Source: an uncultured Methanosarcinales archaeon
Lineage (GTDB): Archaea; Nanobdellota; Nanobdellia; Woesearchaeales; JACPBV01
Assembly (NCBI GenBank): GCA_964492935.1
Contig: CAZBLF010000001.1
Location: 28,301 to 92,300, forward strand
Reading direction: 5' to 3'
DNA length: 64,000 bases
Shown here piece after piece: positions 38,438 through 47,797 of the stretch (position 1 is its first letter; every line of letters begins with the position of its first letter). The position numbers were made by a program, and so were the translations under genes. The notes beneath the pieces are model-generated. The model was given only the letters and a program-made list of their open reading frames with translations, was not told the DNA's origin and did no database searches.

Positions 38438-39478
38438 ATGGATTCTTTTTCTATGGTGACACACAGTTCAAAGTGGACAATAGCCACTCTAGGATCGCAT
38501 TCTGCATTACAGATATTGAAAGGAGCGCAAGATGAAGGCTTTAAGACGTTAGCTATTTGTAAAAAGGGTACTGAGAAGGTTTACAAACAGTTTGGGGTTG
38601 CGGACAAGATCATTACGGTTAACGATTACATGGATTTGCTGAAGATCCAGGACAAATTGATTAAGGATAATGTCATCATTATTCCTCATGCTTCTTTTAT
38701 TGCGTATATGGGGCCTTCTAATGTGGAGAAACTGAAGATTCCTTATTTTGGGACTAAGAAAATATTAGAGCACGAATCTGACCGAAATAAGGAGAAGAAA
38801 TGGTTAGAGGGCGCTGGTTGTGTGATGCCTTTAATATTTGATAAGCCGGAGGATATTGACAGACCGGTTATCGTTAAGTTTCATGGTGCTGGTGGCGGGA
38901 AGGGTTATTTCTTGGCGCGCGATACGGCAGATTTCAAGGTGAAGATTAAGAGACATTCTGGTAAAAAGTACACGATCCAGGAATATATTCTGGGAGTACA
39001 CATGTATGCGCACTATTTTCATAGTCCTCTTACGGGTGAGACCGAAATTTTAGGTTTTGACAAGCGATATGAAAGCAATGTGGATAGTATTGGTAGGATT
39101 TCTGCGCGAGATCAGATGGCGCTGCCTGAGGAGAAGGTGGATCCGTCGTATGTTATTGTTGGAAATATTCCGGTTGTGGTTCGTGAATCGTATCTTCCTC
39201 GGTTTTTAGAGATGGGAGAGGATGTTGTAACCGTAAGTAAGAAGATTGCTGGTCGTGGTTTATATGGTCCGTTCTGTTTAGAATGTGTTATTACACCGGA
39301 AGGGGAGATTTATGTCTTCGAGATTTCGGCTCGAATTGTAGCGGGGACTAATCCTTATATTCATGGAAGTCCGTATTCGTGGTTACGCTATGATGAGCCT
39401 ATGTCGACTGGAAGAAGAATTGCTCGAGAGATTAATAATGCACTTAAAGATGATAAACTTAAAGAAGTTTTGGAGTAA
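38438..39478 (+). CDS. purP: 5-formaminoimidazole-4-carboxamide ribonucleotide (FAICAR) synthetase PurP
   Basis: It has the archaea-specific PurP N-terminus IATLGSHSALQILKGAQDEGF and an ATP-grasp core. Confidence 0.85.
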   Translation: MDSFSMVTHSSKWTIATLGSHSALQILKGAQDEGFKTLAICKKGTEKVYKQFGVADKIITVNDYMDLLKIQDKLIKDNVIIIPHASFIAYMGPSNVEKLKIPYFGTKKILEHESDRNKEKKWLEGAGCVMPLIFDKPEDIDRPVIVKFHGAGGGKGYFLARDTADFKVKIKRHSGKKYTIQEYILGVHMYAHYFHSPLTGETEILGFDKRYESNVDSIGRISARDQMALPEEKVDPSYVIVGNIPVVVRESYLPRFLEMGEDVVTVSKKIAGRGLYGPFCLECVITPEGEIYVFEISARIVAGTNPYIHGSPYSWLRYDEPMSTGRRIAREINNALKDDKLKEVLE

Positions 39479-39488
39479 GGGAATCAAG

Positions 39489-40604
39489 ATGAAAGAGATA
39501 GCCAAGGTGTTAGAGGAATACGATCATTCTGCTATTACAATCGGTGTGCTTGGTGGTCATTCTGCATTAGATGTGTGTCGAGGTGCTAAGAAGCAAGGCT
39601 TTCGGACTGTGGCTGTGTGTGAGAAGGGTCGGGATAAGACTTATAGTCAGTACTATAAATCAGATGGCGAGAAAGGGATTGTGGATGAGGTTATTTTAGT
39701 AGATAAATTTTCTGATATTACTTCTAAATCGGTTCAGGATCAGTTGCGTTCGTTGAATACGATATTCGTTCATAACAGGTACTTCTGGGTGTACTGTGAC
39801 TTTGAAAAGATTGAGAAAGATTTTAAAGTTCCTATTTATGGTTCACGTTCACTTGTTAAGTTAGAGGAAAGAGATGTACCGAAGAATCAGTATTATTTGT
39901 TGGAGAAGGCTGGCATTCGGATTCCTCAGATTTTTAAGCAGGCTAAGGATATTGATAAACTTGCGATCGTTAAGGTGAATGAGGCTGAGCGAGGGTATGA
40001 GCGAGCGTTCTTTTTTTGTAATAATTTGGAGTCTTATGAGGCTAAATCTAAGGAATTGCTCGATAAGAAGACGATTACTTCCGAGGGTTTGAAGAAAGCG
40101 GTGATTGAGGAGTATGTATTGGGTGCCCACGTTAATTTTAATTATTTTTATTCTCCGTTAACTGAATCTTTGGAGTTGATGGGGACTGATACTAGACGAC
40201 AGACTAATTTGGATGGTTTCTTGCGATTGCCGGCGGATGAGCAGTTGTTGGTGTTGGAGAAAGAGCGCCCTAAATTAATTGAAACGGGTCATATCGCGGT
40301 TACGATTAAGGAAAGTTTGTTGGAGAAAGCATTTGAGGCTGGCGAGAAGTTTATTTCGGCATGTAAAAAAGAAGTTGGTGGATTGATTGGACCTTTTGCT
40401 TTGCAGGGTGCTGTTGTTGCGGAAAAGGGTAAAGAGGAGATTGTTATTTTCGATGTTTCTTTGCGGATACCCGGTAGTCCGGGAACTGCTAGTACTCCTT
40501 ATTCTGGATATTTGTATATGGATAGCATGAGTTATGGTGAACGCATTGCAATGGAGATTCAGAAGGCTTTAGGCGAAGAGAAATTAGATAGCATTTGCAC
40601 TTAA
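39489..40604 (+). CDS. PurP paralogue (second FAICAR synthetase-like ATP-grasp)
   Basis: ITIGVLGGHSALDVCRGAKKQGF parallels the first PurP. The start is at ATG 39489, overlapping the upstream gene's stop. Confidence 0.8.
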   Translation: MKEIAKVLEEYDHSAITIGVLGGHSALDVCRGAKKQGFRTVAVCEKGRDKTYSQYYKSDGEKGIVDEVILVDKFSDITSKSVQDQLRSLNTIFVHNRYFWVYCDFEKIEKDFKVPIYGSRSLVKLEERDVPKNQYYLLEKAGIRIPQIFKQAKDIDKLAIVKVNEAERGYERAFFFCNNLESYEAKSKELLDKKTITSEGLKKAVIEEYVLGAHVNFNYFYSPLTESLELMGTDTRRQTNLDGFLRLPADEQLLVLEKERPKLIETGHIAVTIKESLLEKAFEAGEKFISACKKEVGGLIGPFALQGAVVAEKGKEEIVIFDVSLRIPGSPGTASTPYSGYLYMDSMSYGERIAMEIQKALGEEKLDSICT

Positions 40605-40606
40605 CG

Positions 40607-42139
40607 ATGATACTTGTATTGAATTTTGGTGGGCAGACGTGTCACTTGATAGCAAAACGTGTTCGTGGCTTGGGAGTGTATTCTGAAATTGTTCCGTTTG
40701 ATGTTTCTCTTGAACGTATTAAGAAGATGAAGCCTAAGGGTATTATTCTTTCGGGCGGTCCTAATTCTGTTTATGAGAAAAATGCACCACAGATTGATGC
40801 TGAGTTGTTTTCCTTGGGTATTCCTGTTTTGGGTATTTGTTATGGTATGCAATTAATGGGGAAGGTGTTTGGCGAGGTTGTTGGTAGGAGAGTAAAGGAA
40901 TATGGGAATAAGATGGTGACTGTGGTGAAGCAGGGTGCTTTGTTGAAGGGTTTGAAAAAGCAGGAGCAGGTGTGGATGTCGCACGGGGATCAGGTTACTA
41001 ATTTGCCTTCAGACTTTTCGGTTTTGGCTACAACTGCAGATTGTCCCTATGCTGCGGTTGAAAATGTTCGGGCTAAATTATATGGCGTTCAATTTCATCC
41101 CGAGGTGGTGCATACGTTATCGGGTGATGCTCTATTGCGTAATTTTGTTTTCTCAATTTGTAAATGTAAGAAGGATTTTGTGATTAAAGACTTTGCTCGT
41201 AAATTGATTCGTGAGATTAAGGGTACGGTTGGTAGCGAAGGAGTTATTATGGGCGCTTCTGGGGGGGTAGATAGTACGGTGGCTGCTACTCTTTTACATG
41301 AAGCTATTGGAGATAATCTGCATTGTGTGTTTGTTGATACGGGTTTGATTCGGAAGGGTGAGGCTGAAGAGGTACAAGGTTATTTTGATTCGCTTGATTT
41401 TAAACACTTTCATATGGTGGATGCTTCACGTCTTTTTTTGAAGCGATTACGAGGGGTTTCGGATCCTGAGAAAAAGAGGAAAATTATTGGTCATACGTTT
41501 ATTGATGTGTTTGAGCGGAAGGTGAAGGAGCTGGAGCGGAAATATCCTGCGATTTCGTTCTTGGGGCAAGGTACTATCTATCCTGATCGTATAGAATCTG
41601 CTCAACCTTCGAAGACTGCTTCTAAAATTAAGAGCCATCATAATTTGACGTTGCCTGAGAAAATGAAGTTGAAAGTAATCGAGCCGTTACGTGATTTGTA
41701 CAAGGATGATGTTCGGGTGTTGGGTACGGAGTTGGGAATTTCGTCTGAGTTGATTGGTCGTCATCCGTTTCCAGGTCCAGGACTTGCAATTAGAATATTA
41801 GGTGAGATTACTCCTCGCAAGATTAAGCTGGTGCAGGAAGCTGACTTTATTTTTATTTCTGAACTTCGGAAAAATGGATATTACGACAAGGTGTGGCAGG
41901 CTTTGGTTGCTTTACTGCCTGTTAAATCGGTTGGAGTGATGGGCGATGCGCGGACGTATGAGAATATGGTGGTGTTGCGTGCCGTTACTTCTATCGATGC
42001 GATGACTGCTGATTGGGCTAAGTTGCCTCCAGCTTTCCTTGAGAGAGTTTCTAATAGAATTGTTAATGAGGTCGAGGGCGTGAATAGAGTTGTGTATGAT
42101 ATCACGCAGAAACCGCCGGCTACTATTGAGTATGAATAG
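40607..42139 (+). CDS. guaA: GMP synthase (glutamine-hydrolysing), fused single-chain form
   Basis: An N-terminal GATase domain (GICYGMQLM) is followed by the PP-loop ATP pyrophosphatase SGGVDSTV and the C-terminal dimerisation domain. Confidence 0.9.
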   Translation: MILVLNFGGQTCHLIAKRVRGLGVYSEIVPFDVSLERIKKMKPKGIILSGGPNSVYEKNAPQIDAELFSLGIPVLGICYGMQLMGKVFGEVVGRRVKEYGNKMVTVVKQGALLKGLKKQEQVWMSHGDQVTNLPSDFSVLATTADCPYAAVENVRAKLYGVQFHPEVVHTLSGDALLRNFVFSICKCKKDFVIKDFARKLIREIKGTVGSEGVIMGASGGVDSTVAATLLHEAIGDNLHCVFVDTGLIRKGEAEEVQGYFDSLDFKHFHMVDASRLFLKRLRGVSDPEKKRKIIGHTFIDVFERKVKELERKYPAISFLGQGTIYPDRIESAQPSKTASKIKSHHNLTLPEKMKLKVIEPLRDLYKDDVRVLGTELGISSELIGRHPFPGPGLAIRILGEITPRKIKLVQEADFIFISELRKNGYYDKVWQALVALLPVKSVGVMGDARTYENMVVLRAVTSIDAMTADWAKLPPAFLERVSNRIVNEVEGVNRVVYDITQKPPATIEYE

Positions 42140-42211
42140 TGTTTTGTAGGATAGATAAGCTTTTATATTTGGTTGCGATTGATGTTTGAAACTATTCATG
42201 GAGGCGGTATT

Positions 42212-42850
42212 ATGACAGATAATATTTTTGATGCAAGTGGGGAGGATTCTTATAATCCTAAATTGAGTGAGGCTGCTAATGCAGCTCGTGCCGCTTATCG
42301 TGATGAGCGTCATAAGGGAAGTCCCACTATGAACTCTCGTGATCCTTCTGATCCTGTTTCTTTACAACCTATGGAGAATGAAACGCTTGCTTCGAAGCTG
42401 ATGCTTGGTCTTGGACTCAGTTGGGATGAGTTAGCCGAAGCAAGAAGTCGAGATGGTTATGCTCTAGCTTATGATCCTTCTCGGAAAGATGTTAAGAGTG
42501 TTATTCAAGAGATTGCTGGGGAGAGTCTTCCTGGAGATTTAGAATCTAACCTCGGGACGGAAGCCTATGGTACCACTTTCAGATTCGACTGGACACACAA
42601 TAAAGAAGCAGGCTACGTTCACCGTGCTCAACAAGGAGACGAATCAGTGGAAATTGTTAGGTTGACTCCACTAGAAGTAGGCTGGGGACAAGAACAACAC
42701 CCCCCCATTGCAATTATTAGATATAGTGTAAAGGGTTCTGATTTTTCCCTGACAGAAGCTGATAGGGATGCAATGTGGGGATCTGATGAACCTGATGAAC
42801 CTCCTGCTTCTTCACAAAGACGTCCATCTGATGGATTGTTCAGGCTTTAA
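42212..42850 (+). CDS. Hypothetical acidic Gly/Asp/Ser-rich protein
   Basis: A GGAGG RBS at 42200 precedes ATG 42212. The composition is unlike the K/I-rich neighbouring genes. Confidence 0.35.
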   Translation: MTDNIFDASGEDSYNPKLSEAANAARAAYRDERHKGSPTMNSRDPSDPVSLQPMENETLASKLMLGLGLSWDELAEARSRDGYALAYDPSRKDVKSVIQEIAGESLPGDLESNLGTEAYGTTFRFDWTHNKEAGYVHRAQQGDESVEIVRLTPLEVGWGQEQHPPIAIIRYSVKGSDFSLTEADRDAMWGSDEPDEPPASSQRRPSDGLFRL

Positions 42851-42899
42851 ATTTCTCTTTTGAGAACTTTTTTAAAGGAATGGTTAGTTAGTTCTTTTC

Positions 42900-44009
42900 A
42901 TGGCTGAAGAGGAGAAAAGCTCGAACAACAAGCGTATTAAGGAGTTTGAGGACGAGTTAAAGAAGACTAAATACAATAAGCGTACTCAGCAGCATATTGG
43001 ATTAGTTAAGGCTAAGATTTCTGCATTAAAAGAGAAGGAGATTAAACGTGGTAGTGGCGGCGGTGGTCCTGAAGGTTATCACGTTCGAAAGACGGGCGAT
43101 GGGACTGTTATTCTGATTGGTTTTCCTAGTGTTGGGAAAAGTACGTTGTTAAATCAAATTACGAATGCTGAATCTAAGGTTGGAAATTATGCATTTACAA
43201 CTTTAGATGTGGTTCCTGGGTTATTGAAACATAAGTCTGCTAAGATTCAGGTGCTGGACGTTCCGGGAATTGTTAAAGGCGCAGCAAGTGGTCGAGGTCG
43301 AGGGAAAGAGGTATTGTCGTGTGCTCAGAGTGCGGACTTAGTCTTATTTATTGTTGATGCATTGCATCCGGAGAATTTGCCAACTTTAGAGAAAGAGGCA
43401 TACGATGCTCGGTTGAGAATTAATAAGAAGAAACCTTTTGTTAAGATTACTCGTACTCCGAAGGGAGGGATTCAGGTTGGAACTACGATTCGATTGACAA
43501 AAACTACTGAGGAGACGATTGCAAGTGTTGCTAAAGAGTTGAGGATTATGAATGCCGATATTTTGATTCGTGATGATATTACGGTTGATGATTTTATTGA
43601 TATTATAGAGGAAGGTAAGCGTTATGTTCCGGGTCTTGTTGTGTTGAATAAGGTTGATTTATTGACTAAAGAGAAGCTTGCTGAGGTTAAGAAGAAGGTG
43701 AAGCCGGACATTTGTATTAGTGCTGAACTGGGTCTCAATTTAGATGAATTGAAGGATTTGATCTATGAACGGATGGAGCTGATTCGGGTGTATTGTAAAG
43801 AGGTTAGAAAGAAGGCCGATTTAGATGAACCTTTAATTATGTTTGAGGATGCGACGTTGAAAGATGTGTGTGAGAAATTACACCGGGACTTTACCGATAA
43901 TTTTAAGTTTGCTCGGGTTTGGGGAAGTAGCAAATTCGATGGACAGGTTATTCGTAAATTAGGATATAAGTTGAAGGATAAGGATGTTGTAGAATTGCAT
44001 ATGCGTTAG
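42900..44009 (+). CDS. Developmentally regulated GTP-binding protein (DRG/Obg family) with TGS domain
   Basis: VILIGFPSVGKSTLLN is the G1 motif and DVPGIV the G3 motif. The N-terminal helix and a C-terminal TGS-like region are also present. Confidence 0.85.
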   Translation: MAEEEKSSNNKRIKEFEDELKKTKYNKRTQQHIGLVKAKISALKEKEIKRGSGGGGPEGYHVRKTGDGTVILIGFPSVGKSTLLNQITNAESKVGNYAFTTLDVVPGLLKHKSAKIQVLDVPGIVKGAASGRGRGKEVLSCAQSADLVLFIVDALHPENLPTLEKEAYDARLRINKKKPFVKITRTPKGGIQVGTTIRLTKTTEETIASVAKELRIMNADILIRDDITVDDFIDIIEEGKRYVPGLVVLNKVDLLTKEKLAEVKKKVKPDICISAELGLNLDELKDLIYERMELIRVYCKEVRKKADLDEPLIMFEDATLKDVCEKLHRDFTDNFKFARVWGSSKFDGQVIRKLGYKLKDKDVVELHMR

Positions 44010-45550
44010 ACGTCGTATGTTCTTTTAGCTTTCTTTTTGGGGTGTTTGAAGTCTTCTAGTGCGATATGGAACATTTTCTTGCCGGCTGGTGTTGGATATT
44101 GGCCATTGAGACAGGCATTGCAGAGGTCTTCTTCTGGAATTTGGTGTGCTTTATTTAATCCTTTAATGGTTTGGTAGATTAAGGAATTGCATCCTAGATC
44201 TTTTGCGATACGGGCGCATGCTTTTTTGTCGATGTCTTTTTTTGAGATGCCATTTTCGTATTTAGAAGCAAGCAATTCTTTGATGGTGGACATATCGATG
44301 CCATAGAAACAGGGAGCTCGAATAGGGGGACAGGTGATACGGATGTGGACTTCCTTAGCCTCTCCTATTTCTTTGAGTATTCTCGCAATTTGCTTGATGG
44401 TGGTTCCACGAACGATTGAATCGTCAACGAGGAAAACTTTCTTTCCTCTCAATATTTGTTTTACTACGGTGAATTTATTCAAGACTTTGTCTGCTCTGGA
44501 AGATCCTTCAATAAAGGTTCTGCCAACGTATCGATTTCTAATTAATCCTTCCATCGAAGGCATTCCTAGCTTGAAGGCGTAGGCGTCTGCGGCTGCTTTT
44601 GCGGTGTCGGGTACCGGAACAACGATGCTGTTATCATCGATTTTCTCGGTTTCTAGTTTTGCTAGGGCTTCTCCGAGTCGTTTTCTAGTGAGATAGACGG
44701 ATTTGTTGTTGATAACGGATCCTACGTGAGCAAAATAGACGGCTTCGAACATGCAGATGGCTTTCTTCTTCTCTTCGGCGTACTTATGGATTGAGATCTT
44801 ACCTTGTTCATCGACGTGGATCATGTGTCCCGGATCTAGGTTTTTGAAATCGTGAATGCCTTGATTGACTAAGGCATTGCTTTCGGATGCTGCGAATAAG
44901 TTCCCGTCTTTGATGGCGTAGACTAATGGACGAAATCCTTTCGGATCTCGCATGACGATCATTTCTCCATATGCGTTCATGAAGGTGATGTTGTAAGAAC
45001 CGTCAAACTTTTTTGCTAGTCGCGTGAAGACATCGACAAGATTCGGGCGTTTACTCCCTTTTAACTCTCGAGAGATATAATGCATGATGATTTCGGTATC
45101 GTTATTGTGGATGAAATGGTAGTCTGATTTTTCAGAAAGGGCTTTTTTGAGTTCTGCTAGATTTACTAATTGGCCGTTGAAAGCGAAGCTGAACCATTTC
45201 CACATTCTCCCGTGCTTACGTTCGAAGGGTTGTGCACAGGATTTTTCGTTGGGACCGCAGGTTGCATAGCGGGTGTGACCGATGCCTCTGCTCCCTACAT
45301 ACATCTTGAAGATTTCAACACTCTTTCCAATATTGCTTGTTTTGAAAACCTCGTTTACCGTTCCAATGTCACGGTAGGTGTTGATGCGCTGGCTTTTTTT
45401 ATCGTTGAAGATGGTGACGCCTGCAGAAAGCTGACCACGATGTTGTAGATTGAGAAGCATACGATAGAGATAGAACAGAGATTTGCTATTATTATTGTCC
45501 ACCAAGCTGACTGCAGCAACGCCGCACTCTTCATGGACTTCATCTCCCAT
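44006..45550 (-). CDS. purF: Amidophosphoribosyltransferase
   Basis: An Ntn amidotransferase with nucleophile Cys in ...EECGVAAV, plus the PRTase motif VFLVDDSIVRGTT. Confidence 0.9.
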   Translation of the reverse strand: MGDEVHEECGVAAVSLVDNNNSKSLFYLYRMLLNLQHRGQLSAGVTIFNDKKSQRINTYRDIGTVNEVFKTSNIGKSVEIFKMYVGSRGIGHTRYATCGPNEKSCAQPFERKHGRMWKWFSFAFNGQLVNLAELKKALSEKSDYHFIHNNDTEIIMHYISRELKGSKRPNLVDVFTRLAKKFDGSYNITFMNAYGEMIVMRDPKGFRPLVYAIKDGNLFAASESNALVNQGIHDFKNLDPGHMIHVDEQGKISIHKYAEEKKKAICMFEAVYFAHVGSVINNKSVYLTRKRLGEALAKLETEKIDDNSIVVPVPDTAKAAADAYAFKLGMPSMEGLIRNRYVGRTFIEGSSRADKVLNKFTVVKQILRGKKVFLVDDSIVRGTTIKQIARILKEIGEAKEVHIRITCPPIRAPCFYGIDMSTIKELLASKYENGISKKDIDKKACARIAKDLGCNSLIYQTIKGLNKAHQIPEEDLCNACLNGQYPTPAGKKMFHIALEDFKHPKKKAKRTYDV

Positions 45551-45581
45551 GAATTTACAATCTTTATAGAATATATAAAGG

Positions 45582-45604
45582 TTGTGAATTCAAAGAATTC
45601 ACAA
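45582..45604. promoter_or_regulatory. Perfect 10-3-10 palindrome TTGTGAATTC-AAA-GAATTCACAA between divergent purF and purD promoters
   Basis: The palindrome is seen directly. It sits immediately upstream of the TATA atatataaa at 45571-45579, which is about 25 nt from the purF ATG. It is about 70 nt from the purD TATA at 45672-45679. Confidence 0.45.
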
Positions 45605-45698
45605 TCCTCAGAAAACATTTGAGTTTTCGCTGGGTTGTGGAATGGAGTTTATGGCGAGGAATCAAAAAGCATTTATATGAATTGAGGATAGCACTGGT

Positions 45699-47009
45699 AT
45701 GGCAAAGATATTGCTTATTGGGAATGGGGCTCGGGAGCATATTATTGCTGAGAAATTAGTGTATAGCAAGGCGAAGCCGACGTTATTTGCTTACATGAAG
45801 GCTAATAATCCTGGAATTGCTAAATTGGCTGAGCAATCGGTGGTTGGACCGTATAGTGATTTGGATGAGATTGAACGTTTTGCTACTTCCTTAGGTGTTG
45901 ATTTTGTTTTTATTGGTCCAGAAGAGCCGTTAGGTTATGGGGTTGTTGATGTCTTGGAGCGAGCAGGGATTGCTTGTGTTGGACCTACTAAGGAACTTGC
46001 TCGATTAGAGACGAGTAAATCATTTACTCGGATGTTGACGGAGAAATATGACATTGAAGGCAGTCCAAAATTTAAAGTGTTCTCGAGTGATGATGGAATT
46101 TTAGAGTATTTGAAGGAGTTAGGTAGTGTGGTTATCAAAGCTGACGGTTTAGCAGGCGGAAAGGGTGTTAAGGTTCAGGGAGATCATTTTGAGACGTTAG
46201 AGGAAGGATATACCTATTGTAAGCAGGTTTTGTCGGAGCATCCGTGTGTTGTGGTTGAGGAGAAGTTGATTGGAGAGGAATTTTCATTGCAATCATTTAC
46301 GGATGGGAAATCATTGTTTCATTGTCCTGTTGTGCAGGATCATAAGCGTGCGTATGTTGGCGATAAAGGCCCTAACACGGGAGGCATGGGTTCGTATTCT
46401 TGTGGTGGATTGTTGCCGTTCATGACAGAGGAGGATTTGGAGGCGGCTAAGGAGATTACGGACCAGATGCGGGATGCATTGTTTAAGGAGACCGGTACGT
46501 TATATAAGGGCGTGATGTATGGTGGCTTTATTATTACGAAGACAGGGGTTAAATTAATTGAATTTAACGCTCGAATGGGCGATCCTGAGGCTCTTAATGT
46601 ATTGAGTATTATGGAGACGGACTTTGTTGAGTTGTGCTTAGGTGTTATTTCTGGGAATATTCACAAGGTTGAGAGTGTTTTTGCTTCGAAAGCTACTGTT
46701 TGTAAGTATGCGGTACCGGAAGGGTATCCTGAAGCTCCGGTTGCAGATGAGAAGATTTTTTTGGGTGAGGTGCCTAAAGAAGTTAAGTATTATTATGCGT
46801 CGGTTGACAAGAAGGAAGATGGCGTATACATGACGGGCAGTCGAGCGGTTGCTTTTGTGGGTGTTGCGAATGCTTTGGAGGAGGCACAGGTGCTGGCGGA
46901 GGATGGTGTTTGTTCTGCTCAAGGTAAGATTTTCCATCGAGAGGACATTGGGACTGCTCAACTCGTGCAGAAGCGAGTAGACCATATGAAGTCACTTCGT
47001 TCAGAATGA
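45699..47009 (+). CDS. purD: Phosphoribosylamine-glycine ligase
   Basis: MAKILLIGNGAREH is the PurD N-terminus, followed by an ATP-grasp core. Confidence 0.9.
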   Translation: MAKILLIGNGAREHIIAEKLVYSKAKPTLFAYMKANNPGIAKLAEQSVVGPYSDLDEIERFATSLGVDFVFIGPEEPLGYGVVDVLERAGIACVGPTKELARLETSKSFTRMLTEKYDIEGSPKFKVFSSDDGILEYLKELGSVVIKADGLAGGKGVKVQGDHFETLEEGYTYCKQVLSEHPCVVVEEKLIGEEFSLQSFTDGKSLFHCPVVQDHKRAYVGDKGPNTGGMGSYSCGGLLPFMTEEDLEAAKEITDQMRDALFKETGTLYKGVMYGGFIITKTGVKLIEFNARMGDPEALNVLSIMETDFVELCLGVISGNIHKVESVFASKATVCKYAVPEGYPEAPVADEKIFLGEVPKEVKYYYASVDKKEDGVYMTGSRAVAFVGVANALEEAQVLAEDGVCSAQGKIFHREDIGTAQLVQKRVDHMKSLRSE

Positions 47010-47542
47010 AAACGGTTGTCAGAAAGGAACTTCTAGCGAAAAGAGATACTATCTCGGATGAGCATATTGCGGTGAGTAGTGCGGTGATTAAGGATAGTTT
47101 GTTTAGACATTCTGATTTTATTGATGCCGATAGGGTGATGTTTTATGTTTCTAAGAGTAAAGAGGTGGATACGCACGCGATGATTAGGAGTGCGTTAGTA
47201 GCTGGAAAAAAAGTGTGCGTGCCGGTGATGAAGGGTAAGGAGATTATTCCGGCTGCAATTGATTCTTTTAATGACATTGGAAGTAGGGATGCGTTTGGTG
47301 TAGAGGTTCCGAGTGAGGTTAAAGAGGTTGACAAAGCTGCAATTGATTTGGTGATCGTGCCGCTGGTTGCGTTTGATGAGCATCATCACAGGCTAGGATA
47401 TGGGAATGGGGCATACGATCGGTTTCTGGCGGATTATAAGGGTAGTACACTAGGGTTGGCGTATGGGTTTCAACGTGTTGAGACCATAGAGGTCGATGAT
47501 CGAGATGTTGCGTTAGATGGTGTAATTACGTCAGAGAACTAG
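47006..47542 (+). CDS. 5-formyltetrahydrofolate cyclo-ligase family protein
   Basis: 178 aa. The N-terminal region KELLAKRDTISDEHIAVSSAVIKDSLFRHSDFIDADRVMFYVS and the length fit the 5-FTHF cyclo-ligase (MTHFS) family. Confidence 0.75.
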   Translation: MKTVVRKELLAKRDTISDEHIAVSSAVIKDSLFRHSDFIDADRVMFYVSKSKEVDTHAMIRSALVAGKKVCVPVMKGKEIIPAAIDSFNDIGSRDAFGVEVPSEVKEVDKAAIDLVIVPLVAFDEHHHRLGYGNGAYDRFLADYKGSTLGLAYGFQRVETIEVDDRDVALDGVITSEN

Positions 47543-47576
47543 TTCTGTCTTTGTTTGGTGACTGAAAAGAAAGTAA

Positions 47577-47688
47577 TTAGTGTGTTCGAAATCCCGAGTC
47601 TTTATCACCTGGCCCTGTGGCCCGATGGCGCAACCCCTACGACGGTCAAGACTTTACCATTGAAGGATTTCGACCTTAGCACACTAGT
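47577..47688 (+). ncRNA. Candidate structured small RNA (long terminal stem enclosing internal hairpins), followed by T-run
   Basis: tagtgtgttcgaaatcc (47577-47593) pairs with ggatttcga..cacacta (47666-47688). Internal hairpins ggcc-ctgt-ggcc and gagtctt/aagactt are present. ggtttttt follows at 47705-47712. Confidence 0.3.
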
Positions 47689-47797
47689 TACTTACGAAAG
47701 AGAAGGTTTTTTATATAAATGAGTCATTCTTTCTTAATGCAGCAAACGCAACATATATTAATAACTTGTTCTCGTGTTTTGCCTGGGGGAAGAATCT

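Noticed and set aside
36471-41641. Numerous 60-150-aa ORFs on the opposite strand inside coaBC, purP, guaA, pyrG, smc, fusA and others.
   Set aside because: Each is fully embedded antisense to a strongly supported gene and has a skewed composition. They are treated as spurious.
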